A DNA stretch of 63,745 nucleotides, the filler included, from Licmophora abbreviata (taxonomy: Eukaryota), in assembly GCA_900291995.1 (NCBI GenBank). It is 10 parts of 10 records of this genome, joined end to end, with 100 filler letters (N's around TTAATTAATTAA, not from the genome) between each part and the next. Parts side by side here need not be neighbours in the genome. Positions count along the whole stretch, not along the records: positions 42,650 to 58,336 come from OLMU01000181.1; positions 58,437 to 61,339 come from OLMU01000182.1; 8 more parts are not named here. One strand, given 5' to 3'. The translations under genes were made by a program, and so were the position numbers. The notes beneath the pieces were generated by a model. It searched no databases and had not been told where the DNA came from. It saw only the letters and a list, made by a program, of their open reading frames with translations. Below are positions 50,952-61,439 of this stretch, piece by piece; position 1 is the stretch's first letter; the number at the start of each line of letters is the position of its first letter.

Positions 50952-52412
50952 ATGGAGGTGCAGCTACGATTGGACGGGCAAGGCAGGACGACTTGGGACC
51001 CCCCAGCGACGAAGGACTCGTCGGAAAGCACGACAGTCGACGCAGACCGCCCTGTCATCGGCACGACAGCTTCCGATATCGACTATGTTCCGAAAGCCGT
51101 CATGACGTCGTCGCTGGCTTCGCCGTCGTCGGACTCGTCCAGAGAAGCACAGGAGAACTGGCAAACGTGGATGGACAATATTCTCTTTGACTGTGAAATT
51201 GCTGATTGTGGCCTGATGCCTAGGACCTTCTGGATGCCGGCCGACGGCACGCAGCCTCGCTGCGACCTGGAAGACATGGCTCTACAAGTCTTTCGCCATC
51301 ACGTGCCAAAGAATTGCGCCTTTGACCCTTCAACGTCGGGGGCGGAATGGTGGATACAGCTTAGACCGTCACCGCCGGGTATGGGCCGATACGCTATGCA
51401 CGATTCGGAACCAGACGACATGTCCAAGAGCGGAATCAGTTTTCATTGGGACAAGGATGAAGACCTGCGACTCATGGCCGGTGGATCCTTGTATGTGCAT
51501 CCCCACTTGTCCACTGTCACCTACTTGACTAGTCTGGGAGCGCCGACCGTCGTGTTGAATTGCAGAGTACATCCCATGACGGGAACGTGGTTGGTTCCAG
51601 GAACGAAGGACCATCAGGTCGAGGACTATGTCGAATCTCTCGTTAGCTGGCCGAAGCAAGGGAAGCATCTGAGCTTCGACGGTCGATTCCTGCATGCGGC
51701 ACCTCCCGATCTCATGGAAGACGCTTCATTTGAAAGACAATGTTCAATACCAGAGGACTTACTTGGCTCGAACGATGACACAAAAGAGGACGCTGAGAAG
51801 GTACGGAAGGTGGTGGAAAGGCGGCACCGACGCGTTACGTTTCTCGTCAATGTGTGGTTAAACTACCGCCCTTTTAATGTCCATGCATTTCCCGACACCA
51901 TGCTAGACAAGCTCACTCGAAGCGACGCAATAGTAGAAAATCAATCATCGCTGTTCCGAGACTCAAATCGAGAAAAAGAGAAAACTCGAGTGGTTGAAGT
52001 TGACAAGGCAATGGCTCGCGAAGTTTTCGAGTGCAATTCTACATGTAGTAGACGCGGAAACCCCGAAACCGAGTCGACGGTGTCTTTAACGTGGCCCATG
52101 GGTGGGAGCGAATCCAATGAAGTTATTCAGGCCGATATACCACTAAAGCTCGTTCGGCAGGAAAGCGCATCTGGTGGAAACCTACGGATACACTGGGGGA
52201 AGGGTGGTGCGTCGGGCGTATTGTTGTCCAAGCGAGAGTCCACTAATATTGAGGATACTAAAGACGATGACCACCAGCACGGCAAAAGTCACACGGACGG
52301 TACTACTAGTGAAATTTCTCTGGGATCGCATTACAAACCAGTGGGCGAAGCCAAAAGCCATCAGTCAAAACGGCCAAGACGCTCGGATGACTCTACGCAG
52401 ACGCCAAGTTAG
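50952..52412 (+). CDS. Hypothetical protein, 2OG-Fe(II) oxygenase-like
   Basis: GAEWWIQ, FHWDKDE (HxD), STVTYLT, FDGRFLH, RVTFLVNVW. Confidence 0.6.
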   Translation: MEVQLRLDGQGRTTWDPPATKDSSESTTVDADRPVIGTTASDIDYVPKAVMTSSLASPSSDSSREAQENWQTWMDNILFDCEIADCGLMPRTFWMPADGTQPRCDLEDMALQVFRHHVPKNCAFDPSTSGAEWWIQLRPSPPGMGRYAMHDSEPDDMSKSGISFHWDKDEDLRLMAGGSLYVHPHLSTVTYLTSLGAPTVVLNCRVHPMTGTWLVPGTKDHQVEDYVESLVSWPKQGKHLSFDGRFLHAAPPDLMEDASFERQCSIPEDLLGSNDDTKEDAEKVRKVVERRHRRVTFLVNVWLNYRPFNVHAFPDTMLDKLTRSDAIVENQSSLFRDSNREKEKTRVVEVDKAMAREVFECNSTCSRRGNPETESTVSLTWPMGGSESNEVIQADIPLKLVRQESASGGNLRIHWGKGGASGVLLSKRESTNIEDTKDDDHQHGKSHTDGTTSEISLGSHYKPVGEAKSHQSKRPRRSDDSTQTPS

Positions 52413-52482
52413 CTTTAGAAGAAAAACTTCTCCCACAGTATGTATCTTAGAATTAGTTAGTTTTGATAACGCGACTGTCGTT

Positions 52483-54410
52483 TCATATTTCTCGATGCGA
52501 TCCGGGAGGCTTGCCGTAGTTGCCGCCATTGTGTCCTCCCTCACCGTGTGACTTCTTGCGAGCGGCAGGATTGTTCGAATGGTCGCGTTGCGGCCTGTGT
52601 TTGAACGGATTTTCGGTGTCGATATTGAGTCCAGATGCACGGTCTAGACCCATCTTGCGAACAGTCTTCAACAGCAAGGCAGGCGTCTCCTCAAAACCAA
52701 TCTGATACGCGAAGCTGTTCGCAAACTCAACAAGGCTGTCCGTCGAGCGCACGCCAATCTGGCGCAACTGGCTATTGTAAAAACCAAGAATGCTGCGATA
52801 AGCATCTCCGCCCGACTTAACGAGATTCGCATTTTCTTCATTGACGATTGACGACGTCAACGCATTCACCGCTTTGGCAGCAGCCGGAGGCAACGTGGCA
52901 GTCACCATGCTCTGATATTCTTGGTTGACGGGCAGGTCGAGACCTTTCAGCTTAGTGAGGAATCCCTTCTCAGTGTCAGCAAGGACCAGGACACCCTCTC
53001 CAGTCTTTCCGGCTCGACCGGTACGGCCGAGGCGATGAATGTAAGACTCTCTGGAGTCTGCCATGCCGACCTATTGATGGGAGAGGCAAACGTTTTTTTC
53101 TGAGTCAGTAAGCGTCAAGCGATAGTGCCCATTCAATATCACCATAACATTTCTTTTACCTGAACGACTTGGGAAACGTTGGGATAGTCAACGCCGCGAG
53201 CAGACACATCAGAGGTGAACAAAACGCCGGAATTAGCCTCCCGGAATTTGTTGCTTGCCTTCGTGCGTTGGTTCTGACTTTTGCGAGAATGGATTTCAAT
53301 GACTGACTTCTTAAGTACCGTATTGAAGACATTCGAGTAGAATCCCACCATGTGGGCAGTCGGAAAGAATACAACGAGCTTGGCGTCCGGTGCGTCCATG
53401 AGCTGGAGAATGATCTGGATAGTTCCCGAAACGAGTCGATCGTCTGGGATAACAACGTGAGACTGATCGATCTGTTGGTTCGTGTGAGTGGATGGGTCTT
53501 TATCATGAATACAATCGACTGTAACGTAGCCAGGGCGCATCGTTTTATTAATGATGGTGCGAACTTCAGGGGGAATAGTAGCCGAGAAGAGAAGCGTCTG
53601 TCGCTTTTTGGGAAGATACGAGATGATATCGTCAACTTCACGACGAAAGCCCATGTCCAAGAGACGATCCATTTCATCCAAGACGAGGATTTGAATCTGG
53701 TCGAACAATTTGGCAAACTTGACCCCGCGGACTTCTGTCGTTTGGAGATGATCGCGGAGACGCCCTGGCGTCGCGACCAGAATAGTCGGGACTTTCTGTT
53801 CGAAACGTCTGATATCTTGATTCTTGTTGGATCCACCAAAAATGACCTGATGGGAAGCTTTCGACCCCTGACTTGAGAGCAGCACATTCGCTTGTTCCCC
53901 AATTTGCGCTGCTAGTTCTCTCGTTGGCGATAGCACAAGGGCACTGATTCGACCCTTGTTGGGATTCTGCAGGATGCGCTCCAGCGACGGGAGAAGGAAT
54001 GCCAAAGTCTTGCCGGTGCCCGTACGTGCCCGCCCCAGAACATCTTGTCCTGATGCAGCGGGATCAAAAGTCTTGGCCTGAATCTCAGACATGGTAACAA
54101 GTCCCATCTTCTTGAGCGCAGCCTTGGAAGAGGGGTGGAGATTCGGCTTGTCTTGGAACCTAGCGAAAGGCTTTCCGTGGTCATCAAGAATGGGCAAGTT
54201 CGATCCAGCAGCCGGGGGCGCAGCCGGTGCGACAACTGCGGCTTCGGGTTTGCGATGCGGCGGACGTCGATTGTGCTTCTTGCTGGGATCCATGGCGGCA
54301 CTTACGCTGAGAAGTCTGGGCGAAACTGTAAGTGGCCGAATGAACGCTGAGTCGATTGGCGAGCGGGTTCTGAGCGCACGGAAGGAGAAGAGGGAGACAA
54401 GTCTGATCAT
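52483..54410 (-). CDS. DEAD-box RNA helicase, Mss116/RH31-like (organellar)
   Basis: ARTGTGKT, PTRELA, TPGRL, DEMD, SAT, SDVSARGVD, HRLGRTGRAG; intron 53071-53159; Arg/Ser-rich presequence. Confidence 0.9.
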
Positions 54411-54935
54411 GCAAACGAGATTTCCGCTCTGAATTTACAGGAATCAACACAGAAGAACGCGAGTATTATACTTCCGCCTGCTATTCCTTTCTCAGAGACA
54501 AGCCACAGTTAACAAACTTTGCTTCCTTTTTTGCTTTTTCTGTTGCCACACCTGTTTTTGTGTGGTCCTGTGTCGAGTGAATTTTTGTGTGCGCCCCACA
54601 CCACCACACAAAAACCAATGCCATGACCGAACTCGAGCTCTGATTCATTCTTTCTCCTAATAGAATAGCTCGTTCATTGAAGTAAAATTGCGGTCGAAGA
54701 AGTCAAATATCGTCTATCCTCCATCCGATCGGAAACATCAAAGCAAAGGTCGAAGTTTGAAGTTGACCGACGACCTGTCCGACGGTACATGTCGACAATG
54801 GCGGTATACGGTGTGATTCTGCTCCAACGGCGGCGTTTTTCTCACAGTTAGAGGACAAGGCCGTCCTAGTAGCTTCAAAAACCAACGAAGACTTCTATTC
54901 GTGAAGAAACGAACTTATAACATCAATACGACTGA

Positions 54936-57620
54936 ATGAGTGACACGGCAAAATTCCGCTCGGTCCTTCCCCACGAGCCGCTACCGACGAACGACCCACG
55001 CGGGTACCTGCATCTACAGGGCTCCTTTGAGCAACGTCATGGCGAATCGCAACAGAATAAACAAAAGGATGGAACTAGCAAAGGCGAGGAAGCTGCGTCA
55101 TCCTGGGATGCAACGACGCTCGAGCAAGCCTTGACCAACGGGATCCGCAATCTGAGTTTTCTGTCGGGTATCCGAGTGAAAGTTCTCGCCGTTGAAGTTA
55201 TGGACAAGCATCCACCGTTCACAAAGGCCCGCCTGATCCTCACCACTCAGAAGTTAGCCCAATTGACTATGGCACTTTTGAGAAGTCATCAAGTGTCTCC
55301 AGCAGATGTGTTGGGGCTCTATAACCCACCCTGCGGAGACCATCAGTTCCAGTTCTCTACTCGTCAGCTTCAGGTGACTCAAATCACTGCCTCGCCACTG
55401 CCTTCACCAGAGATCTCATGGCCTCGTTCGAATCCTCCCAAGTTCCGTCGCCTCCTGGCTCGTCCCAGAGACGACCCCGTTCTTCTAGCGAAAGAACGTA
55501 GCCAGGCTCGATTTGTGTTCGTATCGGGACTACTGGAAAAGCCGGACGCACCGCCTGCTTGTTGGAGCGAACCACATACAGTCATGGACGCGGTTCGACG
55601 TGTGGCTAATATGCATGACTCTAGCGGATTGGGTGTAGAGGTATTTGTCTCGAACAAGAAGGCCGCGCTCTACTGTCATGTGGGTATGCGATCTCCAGCC
55701 GATGCCAAGAGTCTGGTTGGCAGCCTGCAAGGTGGACATGTCCAGTGGTCTGTCGTCTCTCAAGATGAGACAGGCATAGAAAGCTTTGTTTCTGTACCGA
55801 GTGGAAAATTATTTCTCGATTTTGTAGACATAACACACCGGTCGCATGAGAGGGGCAATCGCTCGAACGTACATGGTTGCGAAGTTGAGAAAGGCGAAGT
55901 GACAAGAAGCGAATGCACATCGACGACTGCGTCTGTTGTTGTCCCTGGCCTTGCATTAATTCCTGACTTTGTATCGGTAGAGGAGGAAGAAGTGCTTATG
56001 GCGGTGCTGGTTGGCCCTAACGCACCCTGGGCACCATTGCAGACCACGCCGAGTAACTATACCGTCAAGCGGCGTGTGCAACATTACGGTTACGTTTTCG
56101 ATTACGAGACAGCCAATGTCTTGCGGGATCGATCCGAGGATAAAGCAAACTGTCCGGCGATGCCAGCGATTCCTCAACCTGTGTCTGAAATATCCACGCT
56201 GGAGACTTTCGTTGCGTCGTCGGTGAAGGAGCGTCGAGGATTCGAGCTGCTCGCGGGTGTGGTCGAGCGGGTAAGGCGACATGATTTTGCTCCGTCTATT
56301 CGACAATCCTCGCTGGAGCCAACCCCTACAACATTGATGTTTCCGGATCTTAACCAACTGACAGTGAATGAATACAAGGAGGGTGCAGGTATTGGCTCGC
56401 ACATCGACACGCCATCAGCGTTCGGTGATGGTCTTATTAGTATTTCGCTCAACTCTGGCATCGTCATGGAGTTTCGGCGACCGTCGAGCTCAACCGACGA
56501 GAAGGGATGGCATCGGTCTAAGAAATTGGTGTATCTCCCTCCTCGATCATTGCTGCTCATGTCTGGGCCCGCTCGGTACGAATGGGAGCATCACATTGTG
56601 ACGAGAAAGACAGACACACACAATGGAACGGTATTGTCTCGTGGGCGGCGAGTGAGCTTGACGCTTCGTACAGCACTCGACGTTGCCGCAAGGGGCAGCA
56701 GAGTCATGCCCCTTGTGGAGTCAGGGATATTCCCTCCGAGATGGGGTTCTGGTCGAGCAGATGGTCATGGAAAGCAATCGTCGCTGACGACACCCTCCAC
56801 TGAACGTGACCATGTCCATGCGGTGTACAATGCTATTGCGACCCAATGGCACCACACACGAGGAAAACGGGGTGTGCTTTGGCCGGGAGCGACGCAGTTT
56901 CTTCAGCGGCTTCCGCCTGGGTCTGTTGTCGCTGACGTTGGGTGTGGCGACGGTAAATATTTTCCTGCCATCTGGGAAGCCGGGTCGTATGTGATTGGAA
57001 CTGATATTAGCGAGCCACTCTTGCGCATGTCAATTGGGCAAAGTACCAACGATCAGACTCCAGAAAGTCGTAGAGTGAGTGCGAATCGAAACCATCTTCG
57101 AGCCCGACCAGCAGTTGCCGTCGCGGACTGCATGCAGCTTCCTCTTCGCTCGAAAAGTTGCGATGCCGCCATTTGCGTGGCTGTGATGCATCACCTGAGT
57201 ACTGAAGAACGAAGAATCCGATGTATCGAGGAGTTGGAGCGTATTGTTAGGATAGGGGGTACCATCAACATTCAAGCGTGGGCTATGGAACAGCAAGAGG
57301 GTAGTCGACGAATCTTCCACGCAAACGATGTTTTTGTACCCTTCAATGCGCAGCCAAAGTATTTGGATAGAGCCTACGTCGCGAACACTGAGCCAAACAT
57401 TCGCTACGGGAACAAGAGCGTTGCAGAGATGTACTCCGACGCGTACGATGGAGCCGAGTTTGACGAGAAAAAAGGTCTAGTTGTCTTCCAGCGATACTGT
57501 CATCTGTATCGCGAGGGCGAGATGGAAGGACTGGCCTCTCGAGTGCCTGGCGTTGAGTTGATCCAAAGCGGGTACGAGTCTGGAAACTACTTCATTATTC
57601 TAAAGGTGGTAGCGCACTAG
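54936..57620 (+). CDS. ALKBH8: ALKBH8/Trm9 tRNA wobble-uridine methyltransferase-dioxygenase
   Basis: RRM-like region; RRVQHYGY, NQLTVNEY, HID, RVSLTLR; HVHAVYNAIA, ADVGCGDGKY, AVMHHLST. Confidence 0.9.
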   Translation: MSDTAKFRSVLPHEPLPTNDPRGYLHLQGSFEQRHGESQQNKQKDGTSKGEEAASSWDATTLEQALTNGIRNLSFLSGIRVKVLAVEVMDKHPPFTKARLILTTQKLAQLTMALLRSHQVSPADVLGLYNPPCGDHQFQFSTRQLQVTQITASPLPSPEISWPRSNPPKFRRLLARPRDDPVLLAKERSQARFVFVSGLLEKPDAPPACWSEPHTVMDAVRRVANMHDSSGLGVEVFVSNKKAALYCHVGMRSPADAKSLVGSLQGGHVQWSVVSQDETGIESFVSVPSGKLFLDFVDITHRSHERGNRSNVHGCEVEKGEVTRSECTSTTASVVVPGLALIPDFVSVEEEEVLMAVLVGPNAPWAPLQTTPSNYTVKRRVQHYGYVFDYETANVLRDRSEDKANCPAMPAIPQPVSEISTLETFVASSVKERRGFELLAGVVERVRRHDFAPSIRQSSLEPTPTTLMFPDLNQLTVNEYKEGAGIGSHIDTPSAFGDGLISISLNSGIVMEFRRPSSSTDEKGWHRSKKLVYLPPRSLLLMSGPARYEWEHHIVTRKTDTHNGTVLSRGRRVSLTLRTALDVAARGSRVMPLVESGIFPPRWGSGRADGHGKQSSLTTPSTERDHVHAVYNAIATQWHHTRGKRGVLWPGATQFLQRLPPGSVVADVGCGDGKYFPAIWEAGSYVIGTDISEPLLRMSIGQSTNDQTPESRRVSANRNHLRARPAVAVADCMQLPLRSKSCDAAICVAVMHHLSTEERRIRCIEELERIVRIGGTINIQAWAMEQQEGSRRIFHANDVFVPFNAQPKYLDRAYVANTEPNIRYGNKSVAEMYSDAYDGAEFDEKKGLVVFQRYCHLYREGEMEGLASRVPGVELIQSGYESGNYFIILKVVAH

Positions 57621-58799
57621 AATGCCCCCTCTTAGAGTCTTCGATTCATTCCGCTGAGATAGTTTAGTCGGCATGAAGTATCCTGAGTTGCTCCACCGGT
57701 ATGACGGAATACCCCTGGCATATCACTTGATACACACTGCTTTCGAGTAGTGTGCAATAAACAAAGAATATTATGCGTTTTTTCGGCGCAGATCGGAGAC
57801 CACATGAAGAGAACGGTCTGTGCACCACACGTTTCGCCACGGCTCGATCTACCCGCATGATATGCCACTCCAACCTCAGGCCGACAAAGCAATGCTGGTT
57901 CCTTTTGTTGATCTCCAACGTTTACGTTGAAGATCTTCCAGAGCAGCTTGAGCTCTTGCTTCGTCCCAGTCCACCCACCCTGTGCGGCTTGACCTCGGGG
58001 TGCCCTAACTTCCGGGTTCCTGGAAACCGGACCTCGAGGTCTGTGAGGTCGGTTAGGTGTGGCAAACACCCCAACAACCAACCAGTTTGCTTCGAGGGTC
58101 ACAGCAAGAGTACTGAAAACGGAGAACCGAGCGAGAGAGGGCAATCGTGCAACGATTGACGAGACTCAGGGATAAAAAATTGCGCCCCCAGTGACTGTGA
58201 CACAGACACACCCGACCACACCACATCGGGAGCTCGAATCATTCGATTTAGCTAGGCAGAGACGCTGACCTCCAAGCAAGCCAGCACAATCGACCAACCC
58301 GAGCCGTGGCGGTTTCTGTACAATTCTACGTGATCCNNNNNNNNNNNNNNNNNNNNNNNNNNNNNNNNNNNNNNNNNNNNTTAATTAATTAANNNNNNNN
58401 NNNNNNNNNNNNNNNNNNNNNNNNNNNNNNNNNNNNTGACAGTGCGAAGTCGAATCGTACCGTCTCGTGTTCTCGTTGCTTCCGCGCAAGACGATTGCAA
58501 TGATGCTCCTGTCTAAGCGCATCGCGTCCCCATAGATGAGCGGAGGCATACAAGCGATCCCCGGCAAACTCAAACGAAGTCGATTCGATAGATGACCCGG
58601 GTCCTTCTCATGATCTTCGCGAACTAAGGCCCAATCCTGATGAAGCTTCATTGCAGTCATTATCGTCATTCAGGAAGAGTCGCAAGCAACATGCACTACT
58701 ACCAAGTGATTTATATCGGAGTGTGACTAACATGAAGACGCATTCCAAAACAACTGATGTCGAGAGGGCGTGCGCAACTTTCAACATGAATGAACACTC

Positions 58800-59754
58800 T
58801 ACCATAAGTAGGACCGAATCAGCCCGTGGGCAGATGCCCAACGCGACAATGCAACCCAGATAGCGCAACGGAGTCGTTTCTTCGCCCACTAGAATGAATC
58901 CGCCTCGCCGTACTTCGAATACCGTCGGCTCCAACAAGAATTTCGGCGCGTCTTTTGAACTCCTTCGATCCTTGCCGCAACGTTAGCTTCACCCCATTGC
59001 CATCTTCTTCGTAAGCCAGCAGCCGACAATCCCATTCCAACTCATCGTCTCCGCCCAAAGCGTCCAGCAGCTCCCGGCGAAGCGATTGCCAATGAATGTT
59101 TTGCCATTTGTTTTTACTAGCCGAGTTTCAATTTGTTTTTTGCGACGCTCCCCATGTTCGTAGTCCCCATTCGCCCACCACAGTGCCGTCCGGAGTGTGC
59201 ACGACATGCTTCGTGGAGGTAATACCTTCGCCCGCCAGGTTCATCGAGATTCCAAAGGAACAGAGCGCTTTGGAGGCTTGTTGCGTTGTCAGACCGTAGC
59301 CTTGACGGCGCTGGGAGAATGATTCATCTCGCTCGTACACTGTGAAAGGAATGGAGCGATGACGACAGGCAATTGCGAGCGCCAGTCCGCCCAGCCCCCT
59401 CCGACCATTGCAACGTGAGGAAAGTTCAGTGTCTTCGTCTTTGCACCGTTTGCTGACTCTACGGTGTCTATCGAAACAAGGCCGCTCAACTGACAGCGCG
59501 AGCACGATTCAATACGATAGGGTGCACGCGATTCTTCTTGGCCTTCCGTACGAGCTCGCTTGTGTCGAAGACGGGCCTTCTGGGAGGGAGGGCTCCGCAG
59601 GTTTCCTTCCTCCTCGGCACTTGGGACAGGCATTCAGAGATAGCCTGGCATGCCGAGTAGCCATTTTCAGAAGAAGCCTGTTTGGAACGAAAGACCGTCG
59701 AATGACAAACGACTGAGAATTCCTAGTCAAAAGCAACGACACAATTCCGATCAT
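58800..59754 (-). pseudogene. Fragmented FAD-dependent monooxygenase
   Basis: HVAMVGGG/GGLALA, VYERD, RRQGYGL, LVGADGIRS and LRYLGCIV lie in several different frames; C-terminal half not recognisable. Confidence 0.7.
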
Positions 59755-59777
59755 TCCAGGAAACCAGGCTCTCTTGC

Positions 59778-60147
59778 TCAGTTACTTGCACACCGCGACC
59801 GTACTTGTTGGCAGCAGAGGGCTCCCGGTCTTGACCTGCACGTATCAAGGATGACAATTCGGCGTGGTCTGGAAAGTGGATGTAACGAATCGTTGGCCCG
59901 CGAATGTGTAGCAGACTGATGCTCTTGACAGGATCCGCGTCGCCGGTTGTGCGGCGGGGTAATGGACAACTCTTTCCGCTCCTTCGAGAACCAGATTCAT
60001 GTACTCGTCAGCCGAGGACAGAATTCCTTTGTACAAACGCCCGGTTTTCAGTTCCACCGTCACTTCAATGCCTTCAAAATACCGCAGCAGGGAAGATTAG
60101 CTCCTTTGTGGACCACGTTGTGCTTTCGCTTTGTTGCTAGACGCCAT
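59778..60147 (-). pseudogene. LSM10: LSM10-like U7 snRNP Sm protein, disrupted
   Basis: ATG 60147; in-frame TAA at 60099-60097; SLLRYFEGIEVTVELKTG...ADEYMNLVL, then a frameshift into LHIRGPTIRYIHFPD. Confidence 0.65.
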
Positions 60148-60179
60148 GGTCGACATCAGTGTGATATCTGAGATGCGAT

Positions 60180-60826
60180 TATCGATTATGTCCGTCATCG
60201 CGCGTCGCCGCGACGAGGACCTCGTCAAGACGCAGGTCGACCTCGTAAAACTAAGCTCACATTTTGGAGATTTAACTCCGCTTGAAGGAGAGGTGCAAAC
60301 CGATGCATGACTATGTGTATCGGTGCTTGGTGGGGGAAATATTATGTGGCATGGAGGAGTAGGCCCTCCGCATAGCGACTTACAGATGTGAAAGTCTCAC
60401 CACTGGTTGCACCTCCGTCGAATGCAGACCCGCCTCGATCACTCCGAGTAACACGGGACAAGACAGCAACAACCCACAAACTTGCGTTTGCCCTTCGTTG
60501 TCGTTACGAATGGTATTTCTATCGATATCCAATCTAAAATTTGTCGCCATGGTGTCCAAGTTGCGCCGAAAGAAGCCTCACCCCATCACCAACATTACCG
60601 TAGTTTCGACGAGGGCCGTTAAGTCGACCAATAGCACGATTTCACGGAACACGAGCGACGACAGCAACAGGAGCACGGGCAGGAGCAAACCCGCCAAACT
60701 GGAGAGTCCCATCAAAACCTTTGACGTTAAAAGGCTCCCTACGACAGCCCCCGATAAGCTGTCTAGCCGGATCTGTTCCTTTTTTGGTCGTCGTGCCGTT
60801 GTGCCTTTTCTGACGGGGTTCATGAT
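60180..60826 (-). pseudogene. Degraded membrane-protein ORF
   Basis: Hydrophobic segment (LSSLAGLLLPVLLLLSSLVF) followed by protein-like sequence broken by several in-frame stops. Confidence 0.35.
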
Positions 60827-60908
60827 GGAGATCTGAGGATCTGACACATCCGTCCCCGTCGTGCTGAACTTTGACATTTTCTGTCTCTGCCACATCTCTC
60901 TGTCAACC

Positions 60909-61339
60909 ATGACGCCTCTTTTTGTGTCATTGTGGCTCATTTTGTCTAGGTGATTTCGGAAACCTTTCACTTTCCGCTTGGAAAGCATCCTTCTGTGCGG
61001 CTAGATTTGCCCTTGACAACGAGTGCCCTACGAGCCACGCCGTCCGCTGTCGCGTCCTCAGCGGCGACGCAGAGAGATCAGCGTTCTTTTGAGTCCTTTG
61101 ATTATCCAGTCGTTTGGGCGGAGGATTTACTTCTTGGAAAGCCAACCGAATTGAATTTGTTTGACGTTGACTATGTGGTATCCAAAACCAAGGAGGACTG
61201 GGTCTGGAAGATACGCTGCTGGCGCCACCTCCGCCCACAATTTCCAAGATGGACGATCCGAACTTCACCACCACGACCATCATTCGCGACTTTCCTGTCG
61301 ATTGGAGTATCTTGCTGGAGAACATTCTTGATCCGGATC
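60909..61339 (+). pseudogene. Pheophorbide a oxygenase/TIC55-like Rieske oxygenase remnant
   Basis: Broken signal peptide; FDYPVVWAEDL...LFDVDYVV; in another frame IRDFPVDWSILLENILDPD (start of the mononuclear Fe motif); Rieske CxH motifs absent. Confidence 0.6.
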
Positions 61340-61439
61340 NNNNNNNNNNNNNNNNNNNNNNNNNNNNNNNNNNNNNNNNNNNNTTAATTAATTAANNNNN
61401 NNNNNNNNNNNNNNNNNNNNNNNNNNNNNNNNNNNNNNN

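Noticed and set aside
53665..53680. DEMD instead of DEAD in the helicase
   Set aside because: Within normal DExD variation; all other motifs are intact
57632..58336. ORFs of 128-170 aa after ALKBH8
   Set aside because: No recognisable family on either strand; possibly more decayed sequence
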